Shown here piece after piece: positions 28,863 to 37,726 of a DNA stretch of 64,000 nt. The notes under the pieces were generated by a model. It worked only from the letters and a program-made list of their open reading frames with translations, did not search any database and had not been told where the DNA came from. Position numbers and translations under genes: made by a program. Origin of the DNA: a virus (Duplodnaviria > Caudoviricetes); IMG/VR virus record IMGVR_UViG_3300033075_000428, positions 32,001 to 96,000 of that record, one strand, 5' to 3'. Within the stretch, counting starts at the first letter, position 1. Each line of letters begins with the position of its first letter.

Positions 28863-29185
28863 TTGATTTTCTCCAATGCGGCGTTGACAACACGCGTGTT
28901 GAAGCGTTCTTGTCTTGTTGTTTCCCAGTCAGACTGCATGACGTCTTTAGCTACCAGTAGTGCTCTGGCCATCAAGATGTGAGCACCATCTTCATAGTTG
29001 TGCTCAAACGTGAATTTGTGTTCACTGTTAAATCTGTGTTCACCATTACACAATGTAAGGGTCAACTCATAGACAAAGTCACCAACGTTAGTGGTGCTCT
29101 TGCCCCTGTTCACAATCTTGAACTTGTAAATCGTGTCTCGGTTAACCTTGACGTCAAACGTTAGCATGCTTCTTTCTTGTGTCAA
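28856..29185 (-). CDS. hypothetical protein
   Basis: Packed ORF. Confidence 0.55.
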   Translation of the reverse strand: MTQERSMLTFDVKVNRDTIYKFKIVNRGKSTTNVGDFVYELTLTLCNGEHRFNSEHKFTFEHNYEDGAHILMARALLVAKDVMQSDWETTRQERFNTRVVNAALEKIKW

Positions 29186-29247
29186 ATTAGTTGACAGCTA
29201 AGTGCGCGGGTTGGCACCCTTGGAAGAACGAGCAACCAAGCGAATAC

Positions 29248-29282
29248 AAAAATCCCCACAGTGCGTTACCAAAGTGGGGATT
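29248..29282 (-). terminator. intrinsic terminator closing the Y RNA cassette
   Basis: AATCCCCAC...GTGGGGATT followed by TTT; a second hairpin GTAGTGATG/CATCACTAC lies at 29294-29319. Confidence 0.7.
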
Positions 29283-29341
29283 GCTGGCTTACAGTAGTGA
29301 TGTCTATACCCATCACTACCACCAGTGAGGCAAAATACAAG

Positions 29342-29468
29342 TTCTAACAGGAACAGTCGCTAACGGAAATTAAGTGCTCTACCAACTGAGCTACAAGCAA
29401 TTGCTCGCTTGACAGGACTTGAACCTGCGACAAAAGGAGAAGTATCCGTTGGCTACACCATGTTAGAA
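29342..29468 (-). ncRNA. yrlA: YrlA-like Y RNA with permuted tRNA-like domain
   Basis: Terminal stem TTCTAACA/TGTTAGAA; TGGTGTAG, GATACTTC and CTGTTCC motifs; T arm GCAGG-TTCAAGT-CCTGT, closed acceptor CAAGCGA-GCAA-TTGCTTG, D arm GCTC-AGTTGGTA-GAGC. Confidence 0.85.
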
Positions 29469-29522
29469 TCGTTGTGTTTTCAAACGTACTGAAATCAGTA
29501 CAACAGACACTCAATAAATAAC

Positions 29523-29663
29523 CCTGTAGGAACAGGCGTTGACGGGCTTTTGTGACCACTTGTTTTGCCAGTTAAACTACAAGATTATAGAAATCTTGGA
29601 AGGATTTGAACCTTCAATCAGCGGTTTTTTGTTACGAAGTAACCGTTAACTACACCATACAGG
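29523..29663 (-). ncRNA. yrlA: YrlA-like Y RNA with permuted tRNA-like domain
   Basis: Terminal stem CCTGTA/TACAGG; same three motifs; T arm GAAGG-TTCAAAT-CCTTC, closed acceptor CAAGATT-TCTAT-AATCTTG, D arm GTTT...AAAC. Confidence 0.85.
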
Positions 29664-29718
29664 TATCATTGAGTTTTCAAATGTACTGTTGACAGTACAA
29701 CAAGCAGTCAAAAATAAA

Positions 29719-29788
29719 ACCGACAGGAACAGGCGTCTACGGGTTGTGGTTCATAACGTGAAGTAACCGTTGACTACACCATGTCAGT
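29719..29788 (-). ncRNA. short Y RNA (putative Ro-binding stem only)
   Basis: GACA-TGGTGTAG-TCAACGG-TTACTTC...CCGTAGA-CGC-CTGTTCC-TGTC; no tRNA module. Confidence 0.75.
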
Positions 29789-29789
29789 C

Positions 29790-30113
29790 TTACTTGGGGG
29801 TATCCGAGGGACGAATGGTTACGTTGGCAGCGTTGATTGTTACTTCATTCGCTGTTGCCGCAACTCCTGGTACATAGTTTGTACCAGTCAATGTGTCGTT
29901 GTTACTAGTTCCTGAGCTCTTAGTGCCCGTATCACCAGAGGTGATGACGTCAAGTGCCATGAAGTTGAATTCATGCTGTGCAGGATAGTTCTCTTGAAAC
30001 CAGACACAAACACACATACCATTTGGACGGATATCATTCACCGTCATGCTTGGGCTTCCCGTCTTCAGACGGACGATGTCTCCAATTTTCACGCTGTCTG
30101 TTGTAACAAGCAT
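29790..30113 (-). CDS. YodC/DUF2158-like small protein
   Basis: KIGDIVRLKTGSPSMTV...CVWF...F...L. Confidence 0.75.
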   Translation of the reverse strand: MLVTTDSVKIGDIVRLKTGSPSMTVNDIRPNGMCVCVWFQENYPAQHEFNFMALDVITSGDTGTKSSGTSNNDTLTGTNYVPGVAATANEVTINAANVTIRPSDTPK

Positions 30114-30144
30114 GTCTCAATCCAAATTTCTGTTTTAAAAATGA

Positions 30145-30219
30145 AAGCGGCTAGGAACAGACGCAAGTAGGTGATTTCGTGCAAATGTGAAGTAACCCAC
30201 CGCTACACCATAGACGCTT
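30145..30219 (-). ncRNA. short Y RNA (putative Ro-binding stem only)
   Basis: AAGCGTCTA-TGGTGTAG...GTTACTTC...CTGTTCC-TAGCCGCTT. Confidence 0.75.
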
Positions 30220-30281
30220 ACAATACATAGAACGGGTTGAAATTCTTAGAGCCTTTTCTCGAGGCTACCAGAAGAAAAGAT

Positions 30282-30947
30282 TCAGGTCACTGAAACCAAG
30301 TCTTTTGGACTGATGTTCAAGTGGAATGTCTGAATCAGTCCAGGGAGTTTCCTTGCGTCGATTTGAACCACACCAGCAGTGTCTGGCAAGTAGACTTCAA
30401 TGTAATTCAAGTCAGTGTCAAGAGTCTTGGTTGACTTCTCATACAATGGGTACTCGTCAATGTAGACGTACAACTCACCAGATGACTCGAACACGTCTCC
30501 ATGTGACAGAAGTGCTTGAGTCTTTGGGGTGGTCTGAATCTTCCCAGTCTGCATCAAGCTGATAACTCGAGACACAATGATTCCAGCGGAACTCTTGTGT
30601 GCCTTGATGTCGTTGATGAGTCGAGCAAGCAGTTCATCTTTCTTCCCAAACGGGAACTCATGCTCAGCTTCGTCAACTACACTTCTGAGTCCTGCATTGT
30701 CAACAGCAATAAGTGCCTTGCTCCCATTGCCTGCAATGTCAGTAACAAATCGATACAACGAGTTAACATCAAAGCGATTAGCAACGTGGGCTGAATCAGG
30801 GAACTTCGCTTTTGCTCTCTTCAGTGAAGTGAACAAGTCAGCGGAAGTTGAGAAAGAATACACTGGACTGTCACGCTTCTGGTACTCAACGAAGTACCTA
30901 CCAAGCGACTTGTCTAGTGTGATGCTTACCAGAAACTCTTTCACCAA
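30282..30947 (-). CDS. hypothetical protein
   Basis: 221-aa ORF. Confidence 0.65.
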   Translation of the reverse strand: MVKEFLVSITLDKSLGRYFVEYQKRDSPVYSFSTSADLFTSLKRAKAKFPDSAHVANRFDVNSLYRFVTDIAGNGSKALIAVDNAGLRSVVDEAEHEFPFGKKDELLARLINDIKAHKSSAGIIVSRVISLMQTGKIQTTPKTQALLSHGDVFESSGELYVYIDEYPLYEKSTKTLDTDLNYIEVYLPDTAGVVQIDARKLPGLIQTFHLNISPKDLVSVT

Positions 30948-31408
30948 CGTGACTCCTCTTGAGTTGCAATTATAAGAGGTGGAACGGTGCCCGAGGTATA
31001 TAGGGTTAGCCCGTTAGAAGCGTTATCCAACATCGTAACTGGTGGATTCGCCAAAGTGCTTCGGTCAGCGATTAAGATTGTCTCTGGCTTGTTTAGCTGA
31101 CTTCTCACCAGGGATTCGATTGACGAGGAAGTCAAGTCTCCATCGGGTATTGTCTGATTGCTAAGGAACTTCTTACCTTCTTCAGTTAGCTTGTATGTAC
31201 GTTTCAACTCACCTGAAACGAGTGACCCACTACGAACATCATAAACGATTGACTCATAGATGAACGTTACAGCATCATGGATTGTAATCAGTCCAAGGAA
31301 CTCTCGTGTCTTGCAGTGGTACAACGGACGTTCAACCGTTGACGAGTGCCCTGTGTGCCCATCACAAAGCTTCTGAACGTTATTGCGGTCTATCGTTATC
31401 TTTGACAT
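30941..31408 (-). CDS. hypothetical protein
   Basis: Start moved to MSKITID. Confidence 0.6.
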   Translation of the reverse strand: MSKITIDRNNVQKLCDGHTGHSSTVERPLYHCKTREFLGLITIHDAVTFIYESIVYDVRSGSLVSGELKRTYKLTEEGKKFLSNQTIPDGDLTSSSIESLVRSQLNKPETILIADRSTLANPPVTMLDNASNGLTLYTSGTVPPLIIATQEESRW

Positions 31409-31612
31409 TCTTTGTATTCTTAGGTGGTATCGGACCAAGTGTAAAGTACAGGAAGACGCAGAACAATTGAGTGAAGACGTCGTTCACAAATATCCCAAAC
31501 AAGAATCCAGCGAACAACACTGTGCGAAGTGTAATGTCAAGTTGTCGCTCTTCAAACATGATAGCTCCGAGGTATAACGTTAGCTTGTGAGTAATATAAC
31601 ACTAGTGGTGGG

Positions 31613-32047
31613 TCAAGTGATTCGTCCATAGCTACCTTGCTCACCAGACTTACTTGACGGGCTAGAAGACGAGAATGTCAGACTCTTACCAGCAGGACTA
31701 TTGTTGGTTGTCCTGATGTACTGTAGCTGGTCTTTGTACTCTAGGAATTCAATAAATAGCTGTTTGTCTTCCTCAGACATATTTTTGAACTCCTCGAATT
31801 CTTTCTGCTCCCTCTGCTTTACACTTTTACGGAAGCTATCAGAAATCTCGTCGAACATGGCATTGAGGGAACGGAAAGAATTCATTGCGTCCCCAAATCC
31901 TTGCTTTCTAAAACGACGCTCTTCGAGTCTACCACCGATGATTACAGTCAGAATTAGAAGAACTATAAATCCCAAGAGAAGCAAGAGAAAAAGCATGTCG
32001 TTGCTCATGATAAGAACCAGTTCAGTTAGTCTGTTGAAGTAATTCAC
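31613..32047 (-). CDS. single-pass membrane protein
   Basis: Long Leu/Ile TM helix. Confidence 0.65.
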   Translation of the reverse strand: MNYFNRLTELVLIMSNDMLFLLLLLGFIVLLILTVIIGGRLEERRFRKQGFGDAMNSFRSLNAMFDEISDSFRKSVKQREQKEFEEFKNMSEEDKQLFIEFLEYKDQLQYIRTTNNSPAGKSLTFSSSSPSSKSGEQGSYGRIT

Positions 32048-32155
32048 AATGGGTTACGAAGCTCATTCCAATCAAGCTTCGAAGAGATTGGTAGCTTGCG
32101 CTCTTCACGTCGTGAGTCCTTAGGAAGCTCATTGCCCTTGTAACGAGGCAATTGC

Positions 32156-32635
32156 TTAGATTGTTTGACCTTCGACGTAGGGTACTGCATAGGAGAATCT
32201 GGCATAGTCTCTTGGTTTCGTGCCTCTGAGTTGCATTACAATCGTACGGAAATCAATGTCATGCTTCTTCAAGAAGCTCACGAACCACAGATACTCTTGT
32301 GAGTATCGTCTGCCCGACATCAATGAGAGGAAGTGACTCACATACATTATCATGGTGTTCTTAGCAGTGGCCTTCTTACCATAGTAGTAGAACAACGTGA
32401 TGGTCTGAGTATCTTTGTCAATGGTTGCACCAATAGTGCATGAAGGTCCAATTTCCTTGTCATAGCCATCAAAGTCAGCGAGCAGTTCCCCTCTTGGGTC
32501 TGGTTGTGAGCGGTCGATTCCTGGTTCACCCACAAGGACATGAAGTTGACCTACAGAGAATCCATCAACGATACTGCGATCAATTGCTGAGTTAATCATC
32601 TTCTTGATTTCGTCCATAGTCTTTTTATTGTCCAC
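32156..32635 (-). CDS. hypothetical protein
   Basis: AGGAG RBS; 159 aa. Confidence 0.65.
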   Translation of the reverse strand: MDNKKTMDEIKKMINSAIDRSIVDGFSVGQLHVLVGEPGIDRSQPDPRGELLADFDGYDKEIGPSCTIGATIDKDTQTITLFYYYGKKATAKNTMIMYVSHFLSLMSGRRYSQEYLWFVSFLKKHDIDFRTIVMQLRGTKPRDYARFSYAVPYVEGQTI

Positions 32636-32705
32636 TGCTTGTCTCCTACTTGGGTTCAGGGTGATTGCCGACCTAGGAACGAGCTACACACACCTAAGGT
32701 TCCAG

Positions 32706-32743
32706 AAACAAAATAGCCCATCATACACTACAATGATGGGCTA
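32706..32743 (-). terminator. intrinsic terminator ending the head-protein block
   Basis: TAGCCCATCAT...ATGATGGGCTA followed by TTTTGTTT. Confidence 0.8.
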
Positions 32744-32775
32744 CTGGCGTGAAACGAGAGGAGGCGATTGACTAA

Positions 32776-33177
32776 TCAGGTGTGAAGCAACGGATTGATG
32801 ATCTCACTTGGTGTATTGGTTGAACTGATGAGAGCATGGTATTGCTTTATGCGATTCTCATTGTAAAAGCTAGAGATGTTCTTCTGAATTGCTTTCAGCG
32901 CATCGTGATCAGCTTGAACCTTTGACGCCGACATTCTGCGCAAGTATTTGCCATCAACGTAGATGCGTACGTCGTAGTCGAGACCACGACCAAACTCTGA
33001 AGTCTTTTCCATACTCAATACAAGTGTTGTAGTCCACTTGATTAACTTCTTGTAAAGGGAAGCTGGTATCTCTTTCGTCTTCAAGTACTCTTCATAGTCT
33101 GGGAGCTTCAGTTTGAGCACTGAAATTGGTGGACTCCCAGCTACTGAGACTCTGAACTCAATTGGTTTGGTAGACAC
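32776..33177 (-). CDS. hypothetical protein
   Basis: Packed ORF. Confidence 0.65.
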   Translation of the reverse strand: MSTKPIEFRVSVAGSPPISVLKLKLPDYEEYLKTKEIPASLYKKLIKWTTTLVLSMEKTSEFGRGLDYDVRIYVDGKYLRRMSASKVQADHDALKAIQKNISSFYNENRIKQYHALISSTNTPSEIINPLLHT

Positions 33178-33495
33178 TTAGTCTCCTCTTTCCACAAATG
33201 AGTCTTCAATCAGTTTGAGAAGTTCAGTGTAGGCACTGATTTTCTGCTTAACTTCTTTTTGTGCCTTTTGGAGACGTTCAGTATATTCGTCTACCCATTC
33301 TTCAGTAACGTCTTGTTTCAATAGGCGTTCAAAGCCCATTGGCACAATCATTGGTAGTGAACTCACTCCACTACTGTTAAGCTTATTAACTATCTCTCGA
33401 ACAGCAGCCTTCAACATCTTGGCATTTTCGCTCTCTTCACCAACGTGGTCTGTGGACTCACGTATTGACCTGACGATGTTCAGTTCATTTTGCAT
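33178..33495 (-). CDS. putative internal head protein, leader class A
   Basis: MQNELNIVRSIRES. Confidence 0.65.
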   Translation of the reverse strand: MQNELNIVRSIRESTDHVGEESENAKMLKAAVREIVNKLNSSGVSSLPMIVPMGFERLLKQDVTEEWVDEYTERLQKAQKEVKQKISAYTELLKLIEDSFVERGD

Positions 33496-33510
33496 TGTTT
33501 GTTCAATCTG

Positions 33511-34005
33511 TTAGTACAAGTTATCTTTTGCCAATTCAGGATTAGCAATCACTTTCGTTATCTGCTTCTTGATTGCTGGTAGTTGTCTTTTCATCTCATC
33601 CAAAATGATGTCACGCAATGTATCTTTCAACTTATTGATGAAGTCATCAATGACTGAAAGAGAATCTAGTGTTGAACGACCGAGTGCTCTCAGTGCTTGC
33701 TCAGCAATGTAGTAGATTGAATCATCTACATAGCTAGCTAGTATCCGTTGATACTCGTTACTATTAGCCCTTGAAAAATCTTTTGCGGTGAATAGCTTGT
33801 TGAACTGCTCTAAGAATGCCCCTGTTTCAACTGGGTCTCCAAGTTCATTAGCAGTGTCAATCAAATTGCCAATTACTACGGGCTCAACAATTGGAGTATT
33901 CTTCTTGTTGATGCGAGTGAATTCCTTGACAAACCTTGATGTTAATGACCCGTCTGCCAAAGAAGACTCTCTGATAGCCTTGAGGATGTTCAGTTCATTT
34001 TGCAT
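33511..34005 (-). CDS. putative internal head protein, leader class A
   Basis: Start moved to MQNELNILKAIRES; the first 21 nt are identical to the 33495 gene. Confidence 0.65.
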   Translation of the reverse strand: MQNELNILKAIRESSLADGSLTSRFVKEFTRINKKNTPIVEPVVIGNLIDTANELGDPVETGAFLEQFNKLFTAKDFSRANSNEYQRILASYVDDSIYYIAEQALRALGRSTLDSLSVIDDFINKLKDTLRDIILDEMKRQLPAIKKQITKVIANPELAKDNLY

Positions 34006-34062
34006 TCTTCTATGCTTTCGAGATTTGTTTCCAAATTTAATTTCTTGGCTTACCATAGTTCA

Positions 34063-34527
34063 TTACTCAGCAAAGTTATCAATGTACTCAAGAGAACCCT
34101 TGAGTGCCTTGATGAAAATGCGTCTCACCTTGTTTACCCCGTCTTCATCACCTTGCTCTGGTTTGTATTTGACCAAACCACCAGCAACCATTGTGAACGC
34201 TGTACAGTAGTAGTTGTTGACAGCTTCAGTTGCCCATTGAAATGCTTCCGACTGGACGCTTGACTTAAAACTGTCATCACTGCATTTCAAGATGAAGTCC
34301 TTGAGTTGCTGTTTCCTGTACTCAAAGACTCTTGACATGTCTCCGTTCATCCCCGAAGTGTCCTGAGTCAAGTACATGTCGATGTTACTAAGCTTGACAT
34401 TCTGATTGATGTCGTAGTCAGCAGTCTTCAGTAACATCTCTTGGTCTCTGGGGTCTAATTGTGTGAAAACGAGTCTCTTACCCAGAGACTCGTTTATCCC
34501 ACGAATGATGTTTAGTTCAGAGTCCAT
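34063..34527 (-). CDS. putative internal head protein, leader class A
   Basis: MDSELNIIRGINES. Confidence 0.65.
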   Translation of the reverse strand: MDSELNIIRGINESLGKRLVFTQLDPRDQEMLLKTADYDINQNVKLSNIDMYLTQDTSGMNGDMSRVFEYRKQQLKDFILKCSDDSFKSSVQSEAFQWATEAVNNYYCTAFTMVAGGLVKYKPEQGDEDGVNKVRRIFIKALKGSLEYIDNFAE

Positions 34528-35021
34528 TAGTACTTGATCTGATACTTCCCAGCCAAGACCTTAGGAATTTCACGTTCAAACATTGGAAGTTGTTTTTCAA
34601 GTTCATCAAGGAACAATGATACCATTGCAGGATACAGATTTAAATCCCGTTCAGGTACACCGAAACCAGTCTCCTCACAAGTATATTCTACCCAATCAAA
34701 AATGATATTTTGGCATGCAGAATGCTTGCCGTAAATACTCATTATTGGGCTCGAGATATATGTTTTCAATTCTTTCATCAATCGCTCTACCGTGACTGAC
34801 TCCTCACCTTCTTCTATCGCTATTTCCTCTGCAAGATTGGTGATGATATCATCTGGAATGAGTACTAAATCTCTCTTAAGACGTTGCAGTCTTTCCTGTT
34901 CCGCTGGAGTCAGTTTGAGATTTTGAATTCTGCTTGAAAGTACTGACTCTTGAATAAGAGTCTTGACCACAGTGTCAACGGACATTGTGGACTCAACAAG
35001 ACTTTTGGTATCTTTCTTCAT
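34527..35021 (-). CDS. putative internal head protein, leader class B
   Basis: Start moved to MKKDTKSLVESTMSVDTVVKTLIQES. Confidence 0.6.
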   Translation of the reverse strand: MKKDTKSLVESTMSVDTVVKTLIQESVLSSRIQNLKLTPAEQERLQRLKRDLVLIPDDIITNLAEEIAIEEGEESVTVERLMKELKTYISSPIMSIYGKHSACQNIIFDWVEYTCEETGFGVPERDLNLYPAMVSLFLDELEKQLPMFEREIPKVLAGKYQIKY

Positions 35022-35133
35022 TCCGATTATCCTTATAAAGTGAGAGTTGACTAGTCTATGTCCTAATTTGATTAGGGCATCAAGTACTGTTAACGAATAC
35101 AATAATTCGCAGTACCTAGTTTTGAGAGACAGC

Positions 35134-35649
35134 TTAGTTTACACGAAGCAATGAGTCTGCCTTGCGAAGCAGAGAGTCGACCAATGGGTCTGATTCCATG
35201 TCAGCTGTCTTGAGAACCATACGAGCCTTAGTGACAGCAACGATGAACATTGAGTAGTACGACATTTCAATCATTGGGTCAGACTCCATCATCTCCCAAG
35301 CCTGCAAGATGTTGTACAGTGCTTGTACACCCTTGGTCTTGGAACGAAACAAGTTCGTATAGTCATCTTCTAGTTCAGGACACAAGCGGTTCAATACACT
35401 CAGGCTCATCTCTTGAACCTTCATGCCACGAATCTTCTTGCGTACGTATGTCTGCAGTGTAGTGTTCTCCGCAGCATGCGTTACTAACAGGTACACAACA
35501 GTTCTCAGTTGAGCCGCTGTCTTGATTCCTGTTGGGAATGGCATGTTGGAAGTGCCCTGCATGGACTTAATCTGCTTCAACACATCGGTCATCACTGTTG
35601 TCTTGAACAGCGGTGCAGAGATGATTCTCTTGTCGACTTCAAAGTTCAT
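35134..35649 (-). CDS. hypothetical protein
   Basis: 171-aa ORF with no leader motif. Confidence 0.65.
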   Translation of the reverse strand: MNFEVDKRIISAPLFKTTVMTDVLKQIKSMQGTSNMPFPTGIKTAAQLRTVVYLLVTHAAENTTLQTYVRKKIRGMKVQEMSLSVLNRLCPELEDDYTNLFRSKTKGVQALYNILQAWEMMESDPMIEMSYYSMFIVAVTKARMVLKTADMESDPLVDSLLRKADSLLRVN

Positions 35650-35672
35650 TGTCTCGTCCTGTATTGGGTTTC

Positions 35673-36071
35673 TTAGTATATTGGTTCGATTTCAACTGAA
35701 AGCTTTCGTGTCTTCAAGACTGAATTCAGTTCTTGGTATGAATCATAAAACCGCTGAATGTTGTTAGCAATCTTACCGATTCTCCTTGTGACTTCCTTGT
35801 CAAGCTTCAACTCAAGCTCTTTCACATTCTTTACACCCTTCACCATGCCCTCTTCAAAGAACTTTCGGAGAGCATCAGCGTCCTTAGTATAACCAAGGTC
35901 TTCGATGCAAGAGCAGAATTCTTCCATGTCAAAGTTGCGAGCAAACTTCTCAACCCATTCATCAACCCGAGGAAACTCACCACCAGTGGTGTCGATTGTC
36001 TCCTGAATCTTCTTAGGAGCAGATTTCGATTCTTGCTCTCGCATTGCTTGTAGGATGGATAGTTCCGACAT
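35673..36071 (-). CDS. putative internal head protein, leader class A
   Basis: MSELSILQAMREQES. Confidence 0.65.
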   Translation of the reverse strand: MSELSILQAMREQESKSAPKKIQETIDTTGGEFPRVDEWVEKFARNFDMEEFCSCIEDLGYTKDADALRKFFEEGMVKGVKNVKELELKLDKEVTRRIGKIANNIQRFYDSYQELNSVLKTRKLSVEIEPIY

Positions 36072-36072
36072 G

Positions 36073-36579
36073 TTAAGCTCCAAACTCCGTTGTTATTTTA
36101 CCCGACTCTTTTGCGTAACGATTGACACAGTACTTCGCAATCACAAGTGCTATCTCTGAAGGCAAGCCAGCGAAGAACGTAGCATGCGCCACGCCTGGAA
36201 CAAACTCTTGAAATCTGTTGGTTCTGTCTAGGTCATGCGACAGTAACTTCTTGACTGGAGCAACTTGAATTCGTGGGTCTTGCTTCAAGTCAGATTGAAG
36301 TATGAAGTAGTAACGATGTCCACCGTCTCGCTTATTGGGGTCACCAGACGTAAGGGAAATCCAAGCTGTGTTCTCAGACTGAGTGTCAAACTCAAGCGCA
36401 ACACCTTGCAATCCAAAGTATTCTGCCTTCAATCCCATTTTCAAGAGCAAGTCATGTATAACACGAGCACTGCTCTTGAATGCCTTGTCTGTAGTGACTG
36501 CTTCTAGCAACGAGCTAACAAACTGCGTCTCAGTCAACGACTCATTCTCAACAAGGTTACGTACTGTTTCGTTACGCAT
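36073..36579 (-). CDS. putative internal head protein, leader class B
   Basis: MRNETVRNLVENESLTETQFVSSLLEA. Confidence 0.6.
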   Translation of the reverse strand: MRNETVRNLVENESLTETQFVSSLLEAVTTDKAFKSSARVIHDLLLKMGLKAEYFGLQGVALEFDTQSENTAWISLTSGDPNKRDGGHRYYFILQSDLKQDPRIQVAPVKKLLSHDLDRTNRFQEFVPGVAHATFFAGLPSEIALVIAKYCVNRYAKESGKITTEFGA

Positions 36580-37036
36580 GTTGAAGTGCTTCCATTTGTT
36601 CATCGTAAATCTTCTTCACAACAGCATACAAGCTATTGAGTTGTCCGTCTTTCACAGGGAACGTCTGGGTTGGGATTTGAATGTCCTTTACTGTTCCGTT
36701 AAGCTTCACTGTGAACTTGTCCATTGACATCTCACCAGTTTGGCCGTCTGCTATGAACTTCATTGTTATTGTGGCTACAGCACCCGATGGTGTATCGATG
36801 TCCACCAGAATGCTAGAGTGGTAGTCAACAACGTCACCATCATCTATGTTACGGTGAATCAACACAGCAGAGACCTTGTAGTCGTTTTGAATCTTGACAC
36901 GAAGCATGTCAATGATGTCTTGAAACAACTCAGCCTCGTCTGCTGTTAGCTCAGCTTCCCCAAGGAACTGCTTTGTGATGGTCTCTATTGAGAGACCAGT
37001 TTCGAGGAGAGTTCTGATTTGGTTGTTTACTGACAT
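36572..37036 (-). CDS. putative internal head protein, leader class B
   Basis: MSVNNQIRTLLETGLSIETITKQFLGEA. Confidence 0.6.
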   Translation of the reverse strand: MSVNNQIRTLLETGLSIETITKQFLGEAELTADEAELFQDIIDMLRVKIQNDYKVSAVLIHRNIDDGDVVDYHSSILVDIDTPSGAVATITMKFIADGQTGEMSMDKFTVKLNGTVKDIQIPTQTFPVKDGQLNSLYAVVKKIYDEQMEALQHA

Positions 37037-37070
37037 AGTCTTGAGTCAATCCGTTGAGTGATTATTGGTT

Positions 37071-37700
37071 TCAGTCGACTTGAATGTAACCAAACCGAGT
37101 ATTCAAGAGCAAGGTTACATCATAGTTTGGTGAGTTTGCCCAGATGGTGTTGCCTTGTTGCTTGAACCCAAGATGGTCTAGGACACCAGTCCAAGTTTTA
37201 TAGTCAGCGTCTGATACGTCGAGCTTGTTACCTTGGAGCAAAGTTACTTCATGTTCAGTAGCAAGCAAGAAGTCTTGAATGAACTTGTTAGCATCACCTG
37301 GAGTTTGCTCAGTCTCAGAGAGTTCATCGGTTGATTCTTTGAATGCTGTCTTCTCAAACTTCTGAAGAAGTTTTATCGCATCGTTAGCAGACTCACCGAG
37401 TTGTACCATTCCCTTTAGATAGGAGTATGCTACACTGAAGGTATTAGGTTGTATAAACCCAGAGCAGATTTGGGAGAGTACCCTACCCAATTCATAGAAA
37501 TCGTGGTAGTTTTGGGATTCATACGAATCCATCGCGAGGAAAAACGTCCGTAAATTCGTCTGAAGCTCCTTTAGTTTTTCACTATCGATTTCTTCTGATA
37601 ACTCTGGTTTCTGATTAGACTCTTTCAATCTACTGTTCTTTGACAATAGCTCTTCATCTTGAAGTCTACGCATCTCAGCTAGGATTGCTCTCTCGGACAT
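37071..37700 (-). CDS. putative internal head protein, leader class A
   Basis: MSERAILAEMRR...LKES; partly paralogous to 37727-38158 (VxLGExAN). Confidence 0.65.
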   Translation of the reverse strand: MSERAILAEMRRLQDEELLSKNSRLKESNQKPELSEEIDSEKLKELQTNLRTFFLAMDSYESQNYHDFYELGRVLSQICSGFIQPNTFSVAYSYLKGMVQLGESANDAIKLLQKFEKTAFKESTDELSETEQTPGDANKFIQDFLLATEHEVTLLQGNKLDVSDADYKTWTGVLDHLGFKQQGNTIWANSPNYDVTLLLNTRFGYIQVD

Positions 37701-37726
37701 GGTGTATTTCCTTGGGTTAGATTACT

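Noticed and set aside
29344-29559. 71-aa minus-strand ORF in the track
   Set aside because: It overlaps two structured RNAs and has no protein-like features; likely spurious.
29342-29663. Two ordinary or pseudo-tRNA genes
   Set aside because: The T arm precedes the D arm, the acceptor stem is closed by a loop, and there is no anticodon loop or CCA. The flanking conserved stem fits Y RNA instead.
29342-30219. CRISPR array
   Set aside because: The repeated motifs are paired halves of stems with variable, structured interiors and irregular spacing; no cas genes are seen.
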